Source: Octopus sinensis
Taxonomy: Eukaryota
DNA length: 29,145 nt
Direction of reading: 5' to 3'
Assembly (NCBI RefSeq): GCF_006345805.1
Contig: NW_021833187.1
Span: forward strand, 1-29,145
Shown here one piece after another: positions 1 to 11,516 of this stretch. The position numbers and the translations under genes were made by a program. The notes under the pieces are model-generated. The model saw only the letters and a list, made by a program, of their open reading frames with translations, did no database searches and was not told the origin of the DNA. Position 1 is the stretch's first letter; each line of letters starts with the position of its first letter.

Positions 1-603
1 GCGTTTATTTCAGTATAAATTGACTACTCCTATTTCTCTTTATATTTTTCGGGTCCCTCGAAATTGTCGAAGAGGAAGTGGGGAATTTACTTAAACCCTG
101 AAGTTTTGAAACTGGAGGATTTTTAAAACTGGGAGCTTCTGAAATTTGGAAACTCAGTCCAACTACTTGCAGCAGTCTCGACTTCAATAAAGACACTCCA
201 AGGGCCAGAAGTAGTGTTCAGCTGGATGACAGACTAAATTTCATCTCCCAAATCTTCATTCAAATTACTCTTTAAAATTATCTTCAGCACGATTAAAGCT
301 CCGAGTAAGCTATTTGGGTGATGCACAAACACTCATCTCTGCGTACACAGCATCTTTTAGCAGAAACACTTGTAAGTTAATGAAATTAATTGTATATTCC
401 TATTTTTTTCTTTCAGTCATTTATTTAATTTCATATGACTTCAATAAAATATAGGTCAAGGCTCGATGAAGCCTGTTCGGAACTGACACAATCACGTGAT
501 CTGTGACGTGATTTCATTCTTTAAATTGAATACCTTTTTAACTTCACCAATGCCTCTAATGCCTTTGAAGAGAACAGGATGGTTCACACTCACATTTCTC
601 TTT

Positions 604-932
604 ACCACCACCACCGCCACCACCACCACCAAAACCACCACCAAAACCACCACCACCACAACCACCACCACCACCACAACCACCACCACCACCACAACCA
701 CCACAACCACCACCACCACCACCAAAACCACCACCACCACAACCACCACCACCACCACAACCACCACCACCACCACAACCACACAACCACCACAACCACC
801 ACAACCACCACCACAACCACCACCTACACCACCACCACCTACACCACCACCACCACCACCACCACCATCACCACTACAATCAATACTACTACTACTGCTG
901 CTGCTACTACTACTACTACTACTACTACTACT
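604..932. repeat. Compound (ACC/ACA)n-(ACT)n trinucleotide microsatellite
   Basis: Directly visible; it is the source of the poly-T/H/P/V/G/W ORFs. Confidence 0.95.
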
Positions 933-1428
933 ATACTGTCATCTATTAAAACTTAAGGGTCTTTGTTTTCCACAGGCACCCACAAAAAAAAACAAAAAAA
1001 GAAAAAAGCCGAAAAAAAATGAGAAAACAAACCCATAAAAAATTCGGCATGCTTTCTGAGTTTCCTAACACATGTGTGACTGAGTGCATATATTGTTTAG
1101 AATATTTAAATTTTTCACATTTATTTTTTTGCTGATGTTGTGGTAGTTGTTATTTTGTTTTCTAAATATAGGCACCACCACTGAACCCACCCACACCCTA
1201 GCCTCTCTGCGTACCTTACTCCACCATGCAACCCACTGTACCTAATCAAACACCTTTCCACCCCTTCTTCACCCCTTACAGCTGACGGCTCATCTCCGGT
1301 AGTCGCTTCCTAATCATCGTACCCGCACCCAGGCGTTTTTATAACTAACCAGTTATGTTATATGCTGCACTCCCTTCCGACTCGCTTCGATGAATATTCA
1401 CGTAAGACCTTGACTATTTCAATACAAA

Positions 1429-1439
1429 TGTGTGTGTAA

Positions 1440-1470
<31 letters not shown>

Positions 1471-1496
1471 CGTGTGTGCGTGCGTGTGCGTGCGTA

Positions 1497-1538
<42 letters not shown>
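1429..1538. repeat. (GT)n/(GC)-interrupted microsatellite
   Basis: Directly visible. Confidence 0.95.
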
Positions 1539-1539
<1 letters not shown>

Positions 1540-1614
1540 ATACATACATGTACGTATCCGTTTATATGAATGTATGCAATATGTATGTATTATGCATATA
1601 TGTACACATACATT

Positions 1615-1988
1615 CATTGTTCTATTCTTTTACGTGTTTCAGTCCTTTGACGGCGGCCATGCTGGAGCACCGCCTTTAGTCGAACAAATCGACCCCAGGA
1701 CTTATTCTTTGTAAGCCTAGTACTTATTCTATCGGTCACTTTTGCCGAACTGCTAAGATACAGGGACGTAAACACACCAGCATCGGTTGTCAATCAATGG
1801 TGGGAGGGGGGAGAAATGAGCACACACACAACGGGCTTTCAGTTTCCGTCTATCAAATCCACTCACAAGGCTTTGGTCGGCCCGTAGCTATAATAGACGA
1901 TAGTTGCCCAAGGTGGCACGCAGTGGTACTGAACCCGAAACTATGTGGTTGGGATGCAAGCTTCTTACCACAGAGCCACTCTTGCGCC
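1615..1988 (-). mobile_element. tRNA-derived SINE, family I, full length
   Basis: The minus strand has the head GGCGCAAGAGTGGCTCTGTGGTAAG (A-box-like), GGGTTCAGTACC (B-box-like) and CCTTGGGCAA (CORE-like). The 3' body and AAAAGAAT tail match the copies at 19280 and 21474. Confidence 0.85.
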
Positions 1989-2093
1989 TGTATATAAATA
2001 AATCACAATATGTTATTATGTGTATATATATATGATATATATATATATAACGCTCAAGAATTGAAAAAGTGTTCTACAGGAAGGGACACAGAA

Positions 2094-2142
<49 letters not shown>

Positions 2143-2150
2143 TATATATA

Positions 2151-2183
<33 letters not shown>

Positions 2184-2524
2184 TTATGTATGTATATGTA
2201 TGCATTTCTGTGTATATATGTACGGAAGTGTACGTACATATGTATATGTATGTATATAGACACATAGATGTATGTATCTACATAAAGAAATGAATATTGC
2301 ATTCAACTAAACCCAAATTTTCTATATCTGATGACAACTTGTGGCGTCCACGATACTCCACCAAGGCAGCTAAAGACCTAATTGCGGCAGTCACTAAGAT
2401 ATGACTTACGTTTGTACCAATGAAACAAGGAAAGGGACTCAACGCAATTACAAGATTTGCTAGAAACTGCAACCAACTCATCCTTAAAACAACGCATTAC
2501 CTTCTTTTCAAAACCAAAATAATA

Positions 2525-2757
2525 CTAATAATGATTCTTTCAAATTATAGGCTGAAGGTCCGAATTTTGGAGGAGAGGGGCTAGTCGAATACATTGATCC
2601 CAGGGCTCAACTGGTACTTATTTCAAGAACCCCGAAAGGATGGATGAAGGACAAAGTCGACCTCGGCGGAATTTGAATTCAGAGCGTAAAGGCGAGGGAA
2701 ATTACTCCTACGTGTTTTGTCCAGCATGCTAACAGTTGTGTGTCCGTTCGCCGCTTT
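2525..2757 (-). mobile_element. tRNA-derived SINE, family II, degenerate
   Basis: B-box-like GAATTCAAATTCCGCCGAGGTCGAC on the minus strand. Homologous to 23655-23815 and 3190-3330. Confidence 0.7.
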
Positions 2758-2956
2758 GATGTTAATAATAATCATTTTTATTTCAGGTGCAAGGCTTGAA
2801 ATTTTGGGGTAGGCAGCTTGTCGATTACATTATGTGAGAAAAAAAAAAAGCAGGAAAGGAAATAGAGAAAAAGGAAAGGTCATATCTGGAATGTCATTCA
2901 TTATAAATTTGTTTTATCAGAGTAGATTTGGGATTGAACTCTACGCTGCCACCACC

Positions 2957-2988
<32 letters not shown>

Positions 2989-3189
2989 CAACAACCTTCT
3001 TTTGGTAAAACCTTCTTTTGGTGCAATATATCTGTTACAAAATCGTTTTGCAATCTCCCTCAGATTATGCTATATTATCGTAAAATACAGAAGGGTACAT
3101 TTGATAATGTACTCCTAGATATATTATCAAAGGTACGACGAAACCATAGCTAGGACGCTTCTTGATGGGTCATGCTCGGCTAAGATTTT

Positions 3190-3330
3190 TGTTTCATTTC
3201 TTTATTGCCCACAAGGGGCTAAACATAGAGGGGACAAAGACAGACAAAGGGATTAAATCGATAACATCGACCTCAGTACGTAACTGGTACTTATTTAATC
3301 GACCTCGAAAGGATGAAAGGCAAAGTCGAC
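3190..3330 (-). mobile_element. SINE family II 3' fragment
   Basis: AACTGGTACTTATTT..TCGACC.CGAAAGGATGAAAGGCAAAGTCGAC is shared with 2609-2662. Confidence 0.6.
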
Positions 3331-3566
3331 TGGGGTTAACAGAGGCAGTAGCAGCAATAGTAGCAGCAGCAAGGAGAAAAAAGAACAACACGACTCATAT
3401 TTGGATTCCAATTCTTAATAGAAACTCATCGGGTAAAATTGTTTGACATAATGCACGCTTCCTCTAAATAAAGCTAAAAAGTAAAATTCACCAAATGTTA
3501 GTATTCAGACAACTACACCAGCAGCAGTGGCAGCAGTAACAGCAGCAATAATAACTTTAACCTTAC

Positions 3567-3780
3567 AAAGAAGAAGAAGAAGAAGAAGAAGAAGAAGAAG
3601 AAGAAGAAGAAGAAGAAGAAGAAGAAGAATGATGATGACGACGGCGACGGTGGTAGTGGTGGCGGTGGTGGCGATGATGATGGTGATAATGATGTAAACA
3701 GACAAGAATATTTAGGCGGAGAAGCAGAAGAAGAAGAAGAAGAAGAAGAAGAAGAAGAAAGAAAGAAAGAAAGAAAAAAA
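3567..3780. repeat. (AAG)n tracts with intervening (GAT/GGT)n
   Basis: Pure (AAG)n at 3567-3629 and about 3720-3760. Confidence 0.9.
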
Positions 3781-4404
3781 GAATCAACGAAGGAAAAGAC
3801 GAAAGTGAGAGAATTAATGAAACTACCGCCAAAGAAAAAAAAACACTAAGAAAAAAAAAAACAACAAGAAGAAAACCTTATTTCTGTTTTCGTTAACAAA
3901 AGCCTAATTTCTTTTTCTATGGCCAATCCTACATACTTAATAGTTCAGAGCAATTTCTTATATATACTCTTTAGTCATGCCACGTACATATTCTTGTCAA
4001 ACTAATTACTTGATGTTACTGTACAAGCAACTTTAAGAAAAAATATATATTATGTAGGTCGATCTCACTTTTGTGACAGTCCGCCATTTAATGTCCAGCG
4101 ACATGAAAGAAATTATAGATATAATGAATATCTATCTGGTTAAAATATAACATTTCAGTATTCAAAAAATTTTGCGTCCTTAATCTTCTGTTTTTAAGTA
4201 TTTCGTGTGTGTGTGTGTGTATGCGTTTTAGAGATGTACACATACATGAAAAATAACCGGACCCGGTTTCTTCTCGTACACAAGTTATTCTAGCCAAGTA
4301 ATGATAGCACCATGGAAAAGGAAAAAAAAAAGGAAAAAGAAAAAAAACAACTATCTCAAATTCTACACTTTGACGCAGAATTCAAAATAAGTGTGCGTGC
4401 GTGC

Positions 4405-4439
<35 letters not shown>

Positions 4440-4565
4440 TCAGCCGAAATTGCGAAGATGATCCGGTTCTTGACTGATGATTGAGGGCTTCGAATGTCCC
4501 GTCCGTGGTTTTTGTGTCGTCTTCTAAATGTTTCACGTTCTTGTCCCGTTTGTATATTTTTTTAC

Positions 4566-4619
<54 letters not shown>

Positions 4620-4893
4620 GTTTGTTCCTTCTCGAGCCATGCCTGACTCATAAGGAATGGCTCCCTTGTTTCAATGGCGTAGAGGTTCCCCACCTGGATG
4701 AGACGCCGGTCCGTCGCAGGTGAACTGCAAGATGCAGGAGGAAAGAGTTAGTGAAAGTTGTGGCGAAAGAGTCAGCAGAATTTCGCCGTTACCTTCTGCC
4801 GGAGCCGCTTGGAGCTTAGGTGTTTCGCTCATAAACACACATATCGCTCGGCTTGAAATTCGAACCCGCGATCACTAGGTCATGTGCCTCCAC
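4620..4893 (-). mobile_element. tRNA-derived SINE, family III, with a deletion in the head
   Basis: Minus-strand head GTGGAGGCACATGACCTAGTG...GCGGGTTCGAATTTC with B box GGTTCGAATT (4866-4857), a GC-rich body and a 3' end at a (TA)n/(CA)n tract. Confidence 0.65.
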
Positions 4894-4928
4894 ACACACG
4901 CACATTCAGATGTATATATGAATGTATG

Positions 4929-4959
<31 letters not shown>

Positions 4960-5089
4960 ATAAAATTAAATAAGGAGAGAAATTGATATTTTAATCAATT
5001 AAAACCAGTGGCCTAGCATGTTTTCTTAAAATCGAAGATTTTTAATCTATGTATATATATATACATATATATTATGTATATATTATATG

Positions 5090-5120
<31 letters not shown>

Positions 5121-5121
<1 letters not shown>

Positions 5122-5718
5122 CTTTGAAAAATTGCATTCGGTGGGATTAGTAATATTTTTGGTAGAAATGACTGATTGTCCCTCTTAGCGTTTGGCATGT
5201 ATGTATAATGCCTTCTGGCATGTATTTATAATGCCCTCTATATATAAATTAATATGTTCAATAAGAAATAATTATTTTCGAAATTTTTTCTCTTATGAGG
5301 TTTTTACGCTATCTACCTGACAATTTCTTGTTAAGTTTTCCTTATTAAGTAGTTGTCCTTAATTGCTAAATTTTTATTCCGAAAAAACTTTACCTCTCCC
5401 GAAATGCAATTCGTAAAAGTTTGCCATTACCCGGATGTAATATATGTAAACTCACCCATGTGCTTCGTTGATGTTGATCAGTTAGCTGATCGCTCTTAAG
5501 AGGGGGCAGGGTCGTTGTTTATTTATAATACATTCAGGCCTGCTGATGATTACGTAAGTATGAAATCACTGTGATCAGGTCTATATTTTTAAATGTTTAC
5601 TTTGAAAAATTGCATTCGGTGGGATTAGTAATATTTTTGGTAGAAATGACTGATTGCCTCTTAGCGTTTGGCATGTATGTATAATGCCTTCTGGCATGTA
5701 TTTATAATGCCCTCTATA
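5121..5718 (+). mobile_element. Non-coding retrozyme-like / non-autonomous PLE-type mini-element (478-bp unit + ~120-bp terminal direct repeat)
   Basis: 5121-5242 is near-identical to 5599-5718. There is an internal hammerhead-like motif, no ORF, and (TA)n on both sides (about 5085-5120 and 5724-5830). Confidence 0.68.
5536..5582 (+). ncRNA. Minimal type I hammerhead-like motif
   Basis: AGGCCTG-CTGATGA-TTACGTAAGTAT-GAAA-TCACTGTGA-TC-AGGTCT. Full core; stem II TAC/GTA with T-T closing pair; stem III A-TCAC-t-GTGA-T; site AUC (C5576). Stem I is one nucleotide out of register (needs a bulged G5542 or a missing C). Confidence 0.6.
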
Positions 5719-5726
5719 ATAAAATA

Positions 5727-5814
<88 letters not shown>

Positions 5815-5860
5815 ATATATATATAATATATATGTATGTGTGTGTGTGTGTGTGTGTGTG

Positions 5861-5987
5861 TACGAAGAGGTGTCTGAAAAGTTCTAGTTTTAAGGGTGTC
5901 GCGAAAGGCCTTGTTGGGGTCGCAATATTCCGTGTTCTTTTAAAGGGCTTAGAAAAACTGAAGGATCACTGCAATATGTATGTGAAT
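5861..5987 (+). mobile_element. Degraded mariner-derived fragment (MITE-like)
   Basis: Starts TACGAAGAGG.., mariner-TIR-like after a TA. It translates to LLKGLEKLKDHCNMYVN, resembling the mariner transposase C-terminal GI.KL..RW.KC motif. It is interrupted by a SINE II head remnant at 5988-6010. Confidence 0.5.
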
Positions 5988-6927
5988 AATTCCGCCAGCT
6001 CGCCGCCTCATGTAGCTTGTATAACATCGAGTCTCACAGTAAAATATATGTAATATCTGCGCAAGTTAAAATACTTTGCATTGTAACCAAGGAAAAAAGT
6101 TCTCCAGGTAAAAACAAAAATCCAATTTGTCTGTGACTTTAATTACTCATCACATTTAACTAATTAGTAATTTTGAGCTATGTTAGGCTAGGGAAGTTAA
6201 TTAGTGTGGTTCACTTTTTTTTTTAGATTCTTAGATCTCAGATTTTAAAGAATATTTTCTTGTAATACAAGAATACAAGCTTAGTTGCACTATAGAAGGA
6301 AAAAAAGCCCAAAAGTCGGATCCCACTTCCCACGCATAATATATTTAAATATGTATATGTATGTATATGTGTGTGTGTATAGACATACATATATGCATAC
6401 GTATATATGTATGTCTATATAAATACACACACATATATATATATGTATGTAGACATATGTGGGCATGTATACATATCTTTAAAGGCATGTGTGTACATAT
6501 TTTTGTGTATGTGTATATATATATATACATAAACACATATATTCATACATGTATAATACACACACACACACACACATACAGACATATGCACTTTATATTT
6601 ATATAAATATATATTCCCTGTAGTTGTAAAATTTCGATGTTTCAGATTATTTCTCCCTCCAGGTTTTCGTGTCGAAGTCAGACATTTTTTTTTTTTTAAA
6701 ATTAAGGAGTTGTTTTATTTTTAGCAATTACAGTATTTAATTTAGGTTCATTAAACAAAATAATTGATTGAAATAACCATATCTTAAATATCACGCAAAA
6801 CTCATACCATATAAGGTCATAATTAAAATAAGGAACCGGAAGTGTTAATATGCACTCGCAAATACACAGATACACGCAGTTGTAGATATAAATACATATA
6901 TATATATGCACACACACATACAAATAG

Positions 6928-6970
<43 letters not shown>

Positions 6971-7179
6971 TATGTGAAATAGAAAGATGAATAATCTTGT
7001 AGTAGATTAATCAAAAGTTTAACCGATACCTTAGTAGCAAAAATCACAGCAGTGAACAGCACGGTTGGAGGTACAACCATCTGGCGTTGCAACCTGCGTT
7101 GGTGCGGATAATTGAAATTAAAACATTATTGGTGAATTGAAGAAATGGAGCTGAACGCAGATTGAACAGAATCGTTTTA

Positions 7180-7268
7180 TTTCATTCTACACGTGTTTCG
7201 AAAGGCACAAATTACCAAAATCCGATTGAATAATGGGACCATATTGTGTCTTCTCTTCAGGAAGAAAA
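7180..7268 (-). ncRNA. Type I hammerhead ribozyme in the 3' pseudo-LTR of unit A
   Basis: The minus strand reads TTC-CTGAAGA-GAAG(one A fewer than other copies)ACACA...TGTGCCTTTC-GAAA-CACGTG-TA-GAATGAAA. Predicted GUA cleavage between 7188 and 7187. Confidence 0.78.
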
Positions 7269-7878
7269 AGGAAATCCGTTGGAAAAAACAAAAACAGAAC
7301 AGAGGCAGAGCAAAAACACATCGAACTGTGCTCCTAAGAGCCCATGGCGAAACTGTTTATCAGTGTATGTTGAGAACCGGTGGCTGAAGATTCAACAGGT
7401 CAGGCATCGGTCAACCATGTGGGTGAGGGTGATAGATGTTCTTTGTGACCGATAATAAAGTTCTGACTATTTAAAGAATATTGGATGTTTTATAAGGGGC
7501 GAGAAAAAATCTACTTAGAGACGTGTGTGTGTGTATACTGTTCTATATATGTGTGTGTTGGCGTAGGGGTAGAAAACATTTTTTGTGTACGTGTGTGCGT
7601 TTGATCGTTCGGCTGTCAGTGGCTACTGCCGTGATAACCGTTGGGTGGCAGAAAGAAAAAAAAAAAAAATAAAGAAATTATATATATATATTATGTTTTA
7701 TGTGTGTGTGTGTGTGTTCATCCAAGCCTGCCTTGACAAGGAAACCCCCCGCTGTGAAAGAACAAGCCCCGTTTGTCTTACAGGAGTAATTTCCCTTGCA
7801 GTGGTTAATTGTAGATATCTTAAAATCTATTTCAGAATTTGTTACCAAGGGCTATGGGTGCCGGTCTTGTTTTATAAC

Positions 7879-10554
7879 GCTATTTAAAGGCCAGATAAGT
7901 GTAACGCCGCCAATGGGGGCATCGAAAAGCCGACTGTAAGAGCCCGTTTACCATCCGGCCTCTGGCAAACAAAATATGAAGAGTTCGGAGACACAAAGGT
8001 TGCACTGTCTTCTGCCCCTATCAAATGGGAGGGCCACCGACAAAATTGACCATTCCAGCCTATAGCTTAAGTTCGCATCCTTCAGTCGCCATATTAGCTT
8101 ACTGAGTCCCGTGGTCTGGCGCTTGTTCACGTCCCGAAAAGTTGCGTAATGGTTGGAGACACGCAAAGACAATCTTGAGGATGATGCCCCTATATAAGTG
8201 AAGGCATCTGAGTCCGTGTAAACCTTGCATTGGTAGAACGGCGTTTTTGATCTTGGAGTTCGCCGACGTGAATCTTACTCTGCTAGGATTGGTTTCTGAA
8301 ATTAGACTGCGTTCCTGTCACTATATTCGTTCCGAGACCTGCAGCCGCTTACTACTCTATTTTCCACTACGTCACTATTAACTATAGGAATAACCCCTGA
8401 TTCTCCACTATCTATCAGAGTGCTGTCATTGCTACTGCCCGTGGTACTGCTATTGCGGGAAATGATGCTGGGGATGCTAAAGGGGCTCTCTACCCTACTC
8501 CCATTGTTACCATCAACCACAACACCCCTATTTATAACTATACCCCTTGGGTACTCCCTGGCTGGAGCTGAGATTATGTGTCACTGTACTGGCTCTCATA
8601 TCATTATTACTACTATAATTACTCCTACTGAGCATTAAACCGGGAGCGGAAGAGGCTGTGCCTCCGGAAAAAGGTGATAGGGTCTTAGTAAGTAGCCTAT
8701 TATTATGGGAGGCGATTATCTGGGCGAGGTTTTTAGTGTTGGAGAAAGCTATCCTAACTTTATGTGAGTTAACCGTGGAGTAATATTTGGAATTTCTGGG
8801 GAAGTTATTGGCGATGGCTTGTCTAAACATGAGGGGGAGGTTAGTTCTAATCTGCTTACCAAAGGGGATTACAAACCATATATGCTTATTCTATCAGTGT
8901 GATGGGTCGGGACGCCAGCTCTCGCATTTGGTGGGTGATTCTCGGATGAATAACGGGTCTTGGGTTAGTGTAAGACCTCCCGGACCGATAATTATCCTTG
9001 TTCGCTAAATTAAATGCGGGAGCGACTACCCCGGTATCCGCCGCGCTCCCGTCCTTACTTAAAATGTTAATGTTATTATATACGGCCCTATCCTGATGAC
9101 CGAATGATGGCATCGGAAGGGCCGGATCAATATAAGTTACCTTCTGCCTATAACCGGCCTTGGATAGTGCGGCGTTATAAAAATCCGCTTTCTGCATAAA
9201 ATATCGGCACTGGCGGACAGGCCAGACATCTTAGAGAGATGTTTTTAACCAAATTGTCTGTTACGGTTTTGGCATGATTTGAGAAGACACTGACATACTT
9301 CAAATTAGTGGAAGGCTTATGGTAAGGGCAGTATGAGTCGCTATTAAGGTTAGTGTAACGTCTAGGAAATTAGCCTTGGTGAGTTCGTTATCAAAAACTA
9401 TACTCATGCCCATTCTATTAAAAAACCAAGCTAACCTGCTCTTAGTTTTCTGCACTATTCTGTTCGTGGTGTTTTGCAGGTAAAACAGACAATCGTCACG
9501 ATACAGGCCGCCCGCGATCTCCGGGAATTGATCGGACAATTCGTAGAGAATATATATTCCGACCAAATCGGCTATCTGCGCACTATCCGAACTACCCATA
9601 GGCACATCAAATTCATTGGGAGTATCCTTACGGATCCACAGCTTATTATCAAACTTAATAAACGATTTCCTGGCCTAAAATGATATCTATCTCTTCTCTG
9701 GTGAGGCCTGCCTTGTTGTGAGCATGCAGAGGGCCTTATTTAGCACACTAGGGTTAATCGAGGGGTAGAAGCTGGCGATATCAAACTGAATGAACCTAGT
9801 ACGGTTCTTATTGGGGATGGAAGAGAACCACTTCACTACCTGCGAGGAGTTGGCCCAGAGCTGAGCTTCAGCTTGTTTACTAAACTAGGATATATTTATC
9901 TAAAATGTACTTACTGATTATCCCGATATCAGATCTAGCAGGGCATATGAGTCTTAGCGCTGGGTTGGTGTGGAAGTTAGGTTTATGGTCCTTCACTATA
10001 AATCTGGGTTGCTTGGGGCTAAGCGGCTGAGTTCTCATTTGAATTCGGTGTTTAAATATTATATCCTTAATTTCCAAGTTTACCTTCCTCAGGGTACTCC
10101 AATTGGTTTTTTCTATAATTTTTCTTGATATCTTTACCGAGTAAATCTAGGTACTGCTTAATGGGCATCTTGTATGTGTTCCTGGTCTTGTCGGACTGGA
10201 CCAGGACTCCGTCCGTTCTATTAATGTCCTTGGTAATTTTATCTAGGTATCTGAGGTGGGCATTTTCCTGGGTGACTTCCTGAACTTAATCTTTCTAACT
10301 ATGTCCCACAAGTCGTCCTCAAACTTCTTCAGTCTTGGGTTCGGTGGCGGCGTATCCAATGTTTCAAAAAGCCGGCCGTATTCGGACGATGCAGTTGTCC
10401 GGTTCGATTTTAGATCTTCGTTCTCGTGGAAGAAAATGAGCCATCTTATCCGGTTTATGAATGCGTTGGTTTTACAAACCAACTCCTTAAGGAAGGCATC
10501 CTTTGGTGGTATAGGAATATCCTTAAGGGATGCATCAATCTCGAACAACTCCAT
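7879..10554 (-). CDS. PLE reverse transcriptase + GIY-YIG endonuclease (~890 aa), frameshifted as assembled
   Basis: Joined ORF-track pieces: N-terminus MELFEIDASLKDIPIPPKDAFLKELVCKTNAFINRIRWLIFF; KDHKPNF...RLICPARSDIG; FDIASFYPSI; FDVPMGSSDSAQIADLVG; GGLYRDDCL; NFLDVTL; IWF..PF..SHNNRLL; AVYQCKV...YIG; CNLCVSE...CPH; stop TAG at 7881-7879. Several single-base indels break the frame. Confidence 0.88.
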
Positions 10555-10812
10555 TATTGGCGTCGGTTAAAGTAGCAGTTTCTTGACGAAGCGGTATGTA
10601 TTATGTGAAATAGAAAGATGAATAATCTTGTAGTAGATTAATCAAAAGTTTAACCGATACCTTAGTAGCAAAAATCACAGCAGTGAACAGCACGGTTGGA
10701 GGTACAACCATCTGGCGTTGCAACCGTGCGTTGGTGCGGATAATTGAAATTAAAACATTATTGGTGAATTGAAGAAATGGAGCTGAACGCAGATTGAACA
10801 GAAATCGTTTTA

Positions 10813-10901
10813 TTTCATTCTACACGTGTTTCGAAAGGCACAAATTACCAAAATCCGATTGAATAATGGGACCATATGTGTCTTTCTCTTCAGGAAGAAA
10901 A
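10813..10901 (-). ncRNA. Type I hammerhead ribozyme in the B/A pseudo-LTR
   Basis: Core CTGAAGA at 10893-10887. Stem II GAAAG/CTTTC plus CACA/TGTG, then GAAA, palindromic CACGTG and GUA site. Cleavage predicted between 10821 and 10820. Confidence 0.83.
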
Positions 10902-11516
10902 AGGAAATCCGTTGGAAAAACAAAAACAGAACAGAGGCAGAGCAAAAAACAAATCGAACTGTGCTCCTAAGAGCCCATGGCGAAACTGTTTATCAGTGTA
11001 TGTTGAGAACCGGTGGCTGAAGAATTCAACAGGTCAGGCATCGGTCAACCATGTGGGTGAGGGTGTATAGATGTTCTTTGTGACCGATAATAAAGTTCTG
11101 ACTATTTAAAGAATATTGGATGTTTTATAAGGGGCGAGAAAAAATCTACTTAGAGACGTGTGTGTGTGTATACTGTTCTATATATGTGTGTGTTGGCGTA
11201 GGGGTAGAAAACATTTTTTGTGTACGTGTGTGCGTTTGATCGTTCGGCTGTCAGTGGCTACTGCCGTGATAACCGTTGGGTGGCAGAAAGAAAAAAAAAA
11301 AAATAAAAATAAAGAAATTATATATATATATTATGTTTTATGTGTGTGTGTGTGTGTTCATCCAAGCCTGCCTTGACAAGGAAACCCCCCGCTGTGAAAG
11401 AACAAGCCCCGTTTGTCTTACAGGAGTAATTTCCCTTGCAGTGGTTAATTGTAGATATTTAAAATCTATTTCAGAATGTTACCAAGGGCTATGGGTGCCG
11501 GTCTTGTTTATAAACG

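Larger units (their letters stand above)
6968..10598 (-). mobile_element. PLE unit A (one complete ~3.63-kb unit: ORF plus 3' UTR/pseudo-LTR)
   Basis: TATTATGTGAAATAGAAAG starts at 6968 and recurs at 10599. It contains the full ORF (10554-7879) and the 3' UTR running to the (TA)n junction. Confidence 0.9.

Noticed and set aside
492-1038. Long ORFs rich in T/P/H/V/G/W
   Set aside because: These are translations of the trinucleotide microsatellite. The same applies to the many YI/HT/CV/LSIY ORFs elsewhere.
7328-7377. Antisense hammerhead-like fold CCTAAGA-GCCcatGGC-GAAA-CTGtttatCAG-T-G in every pseudo-LTR
   Set aside because: The core is CCUAAGA rather than CUGANGA, position 17 is G (non-cleavable) and stem I does not close. 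At most a relic or chance.
7193-7887. Short ORFs in the pseudo-LTR (MFRKAQITKIRL..., MYVCAFDRS...)
   Set aside because: They are antisense to the element, overlap the ribozyme and microsatellites, and vary in frame between copies.
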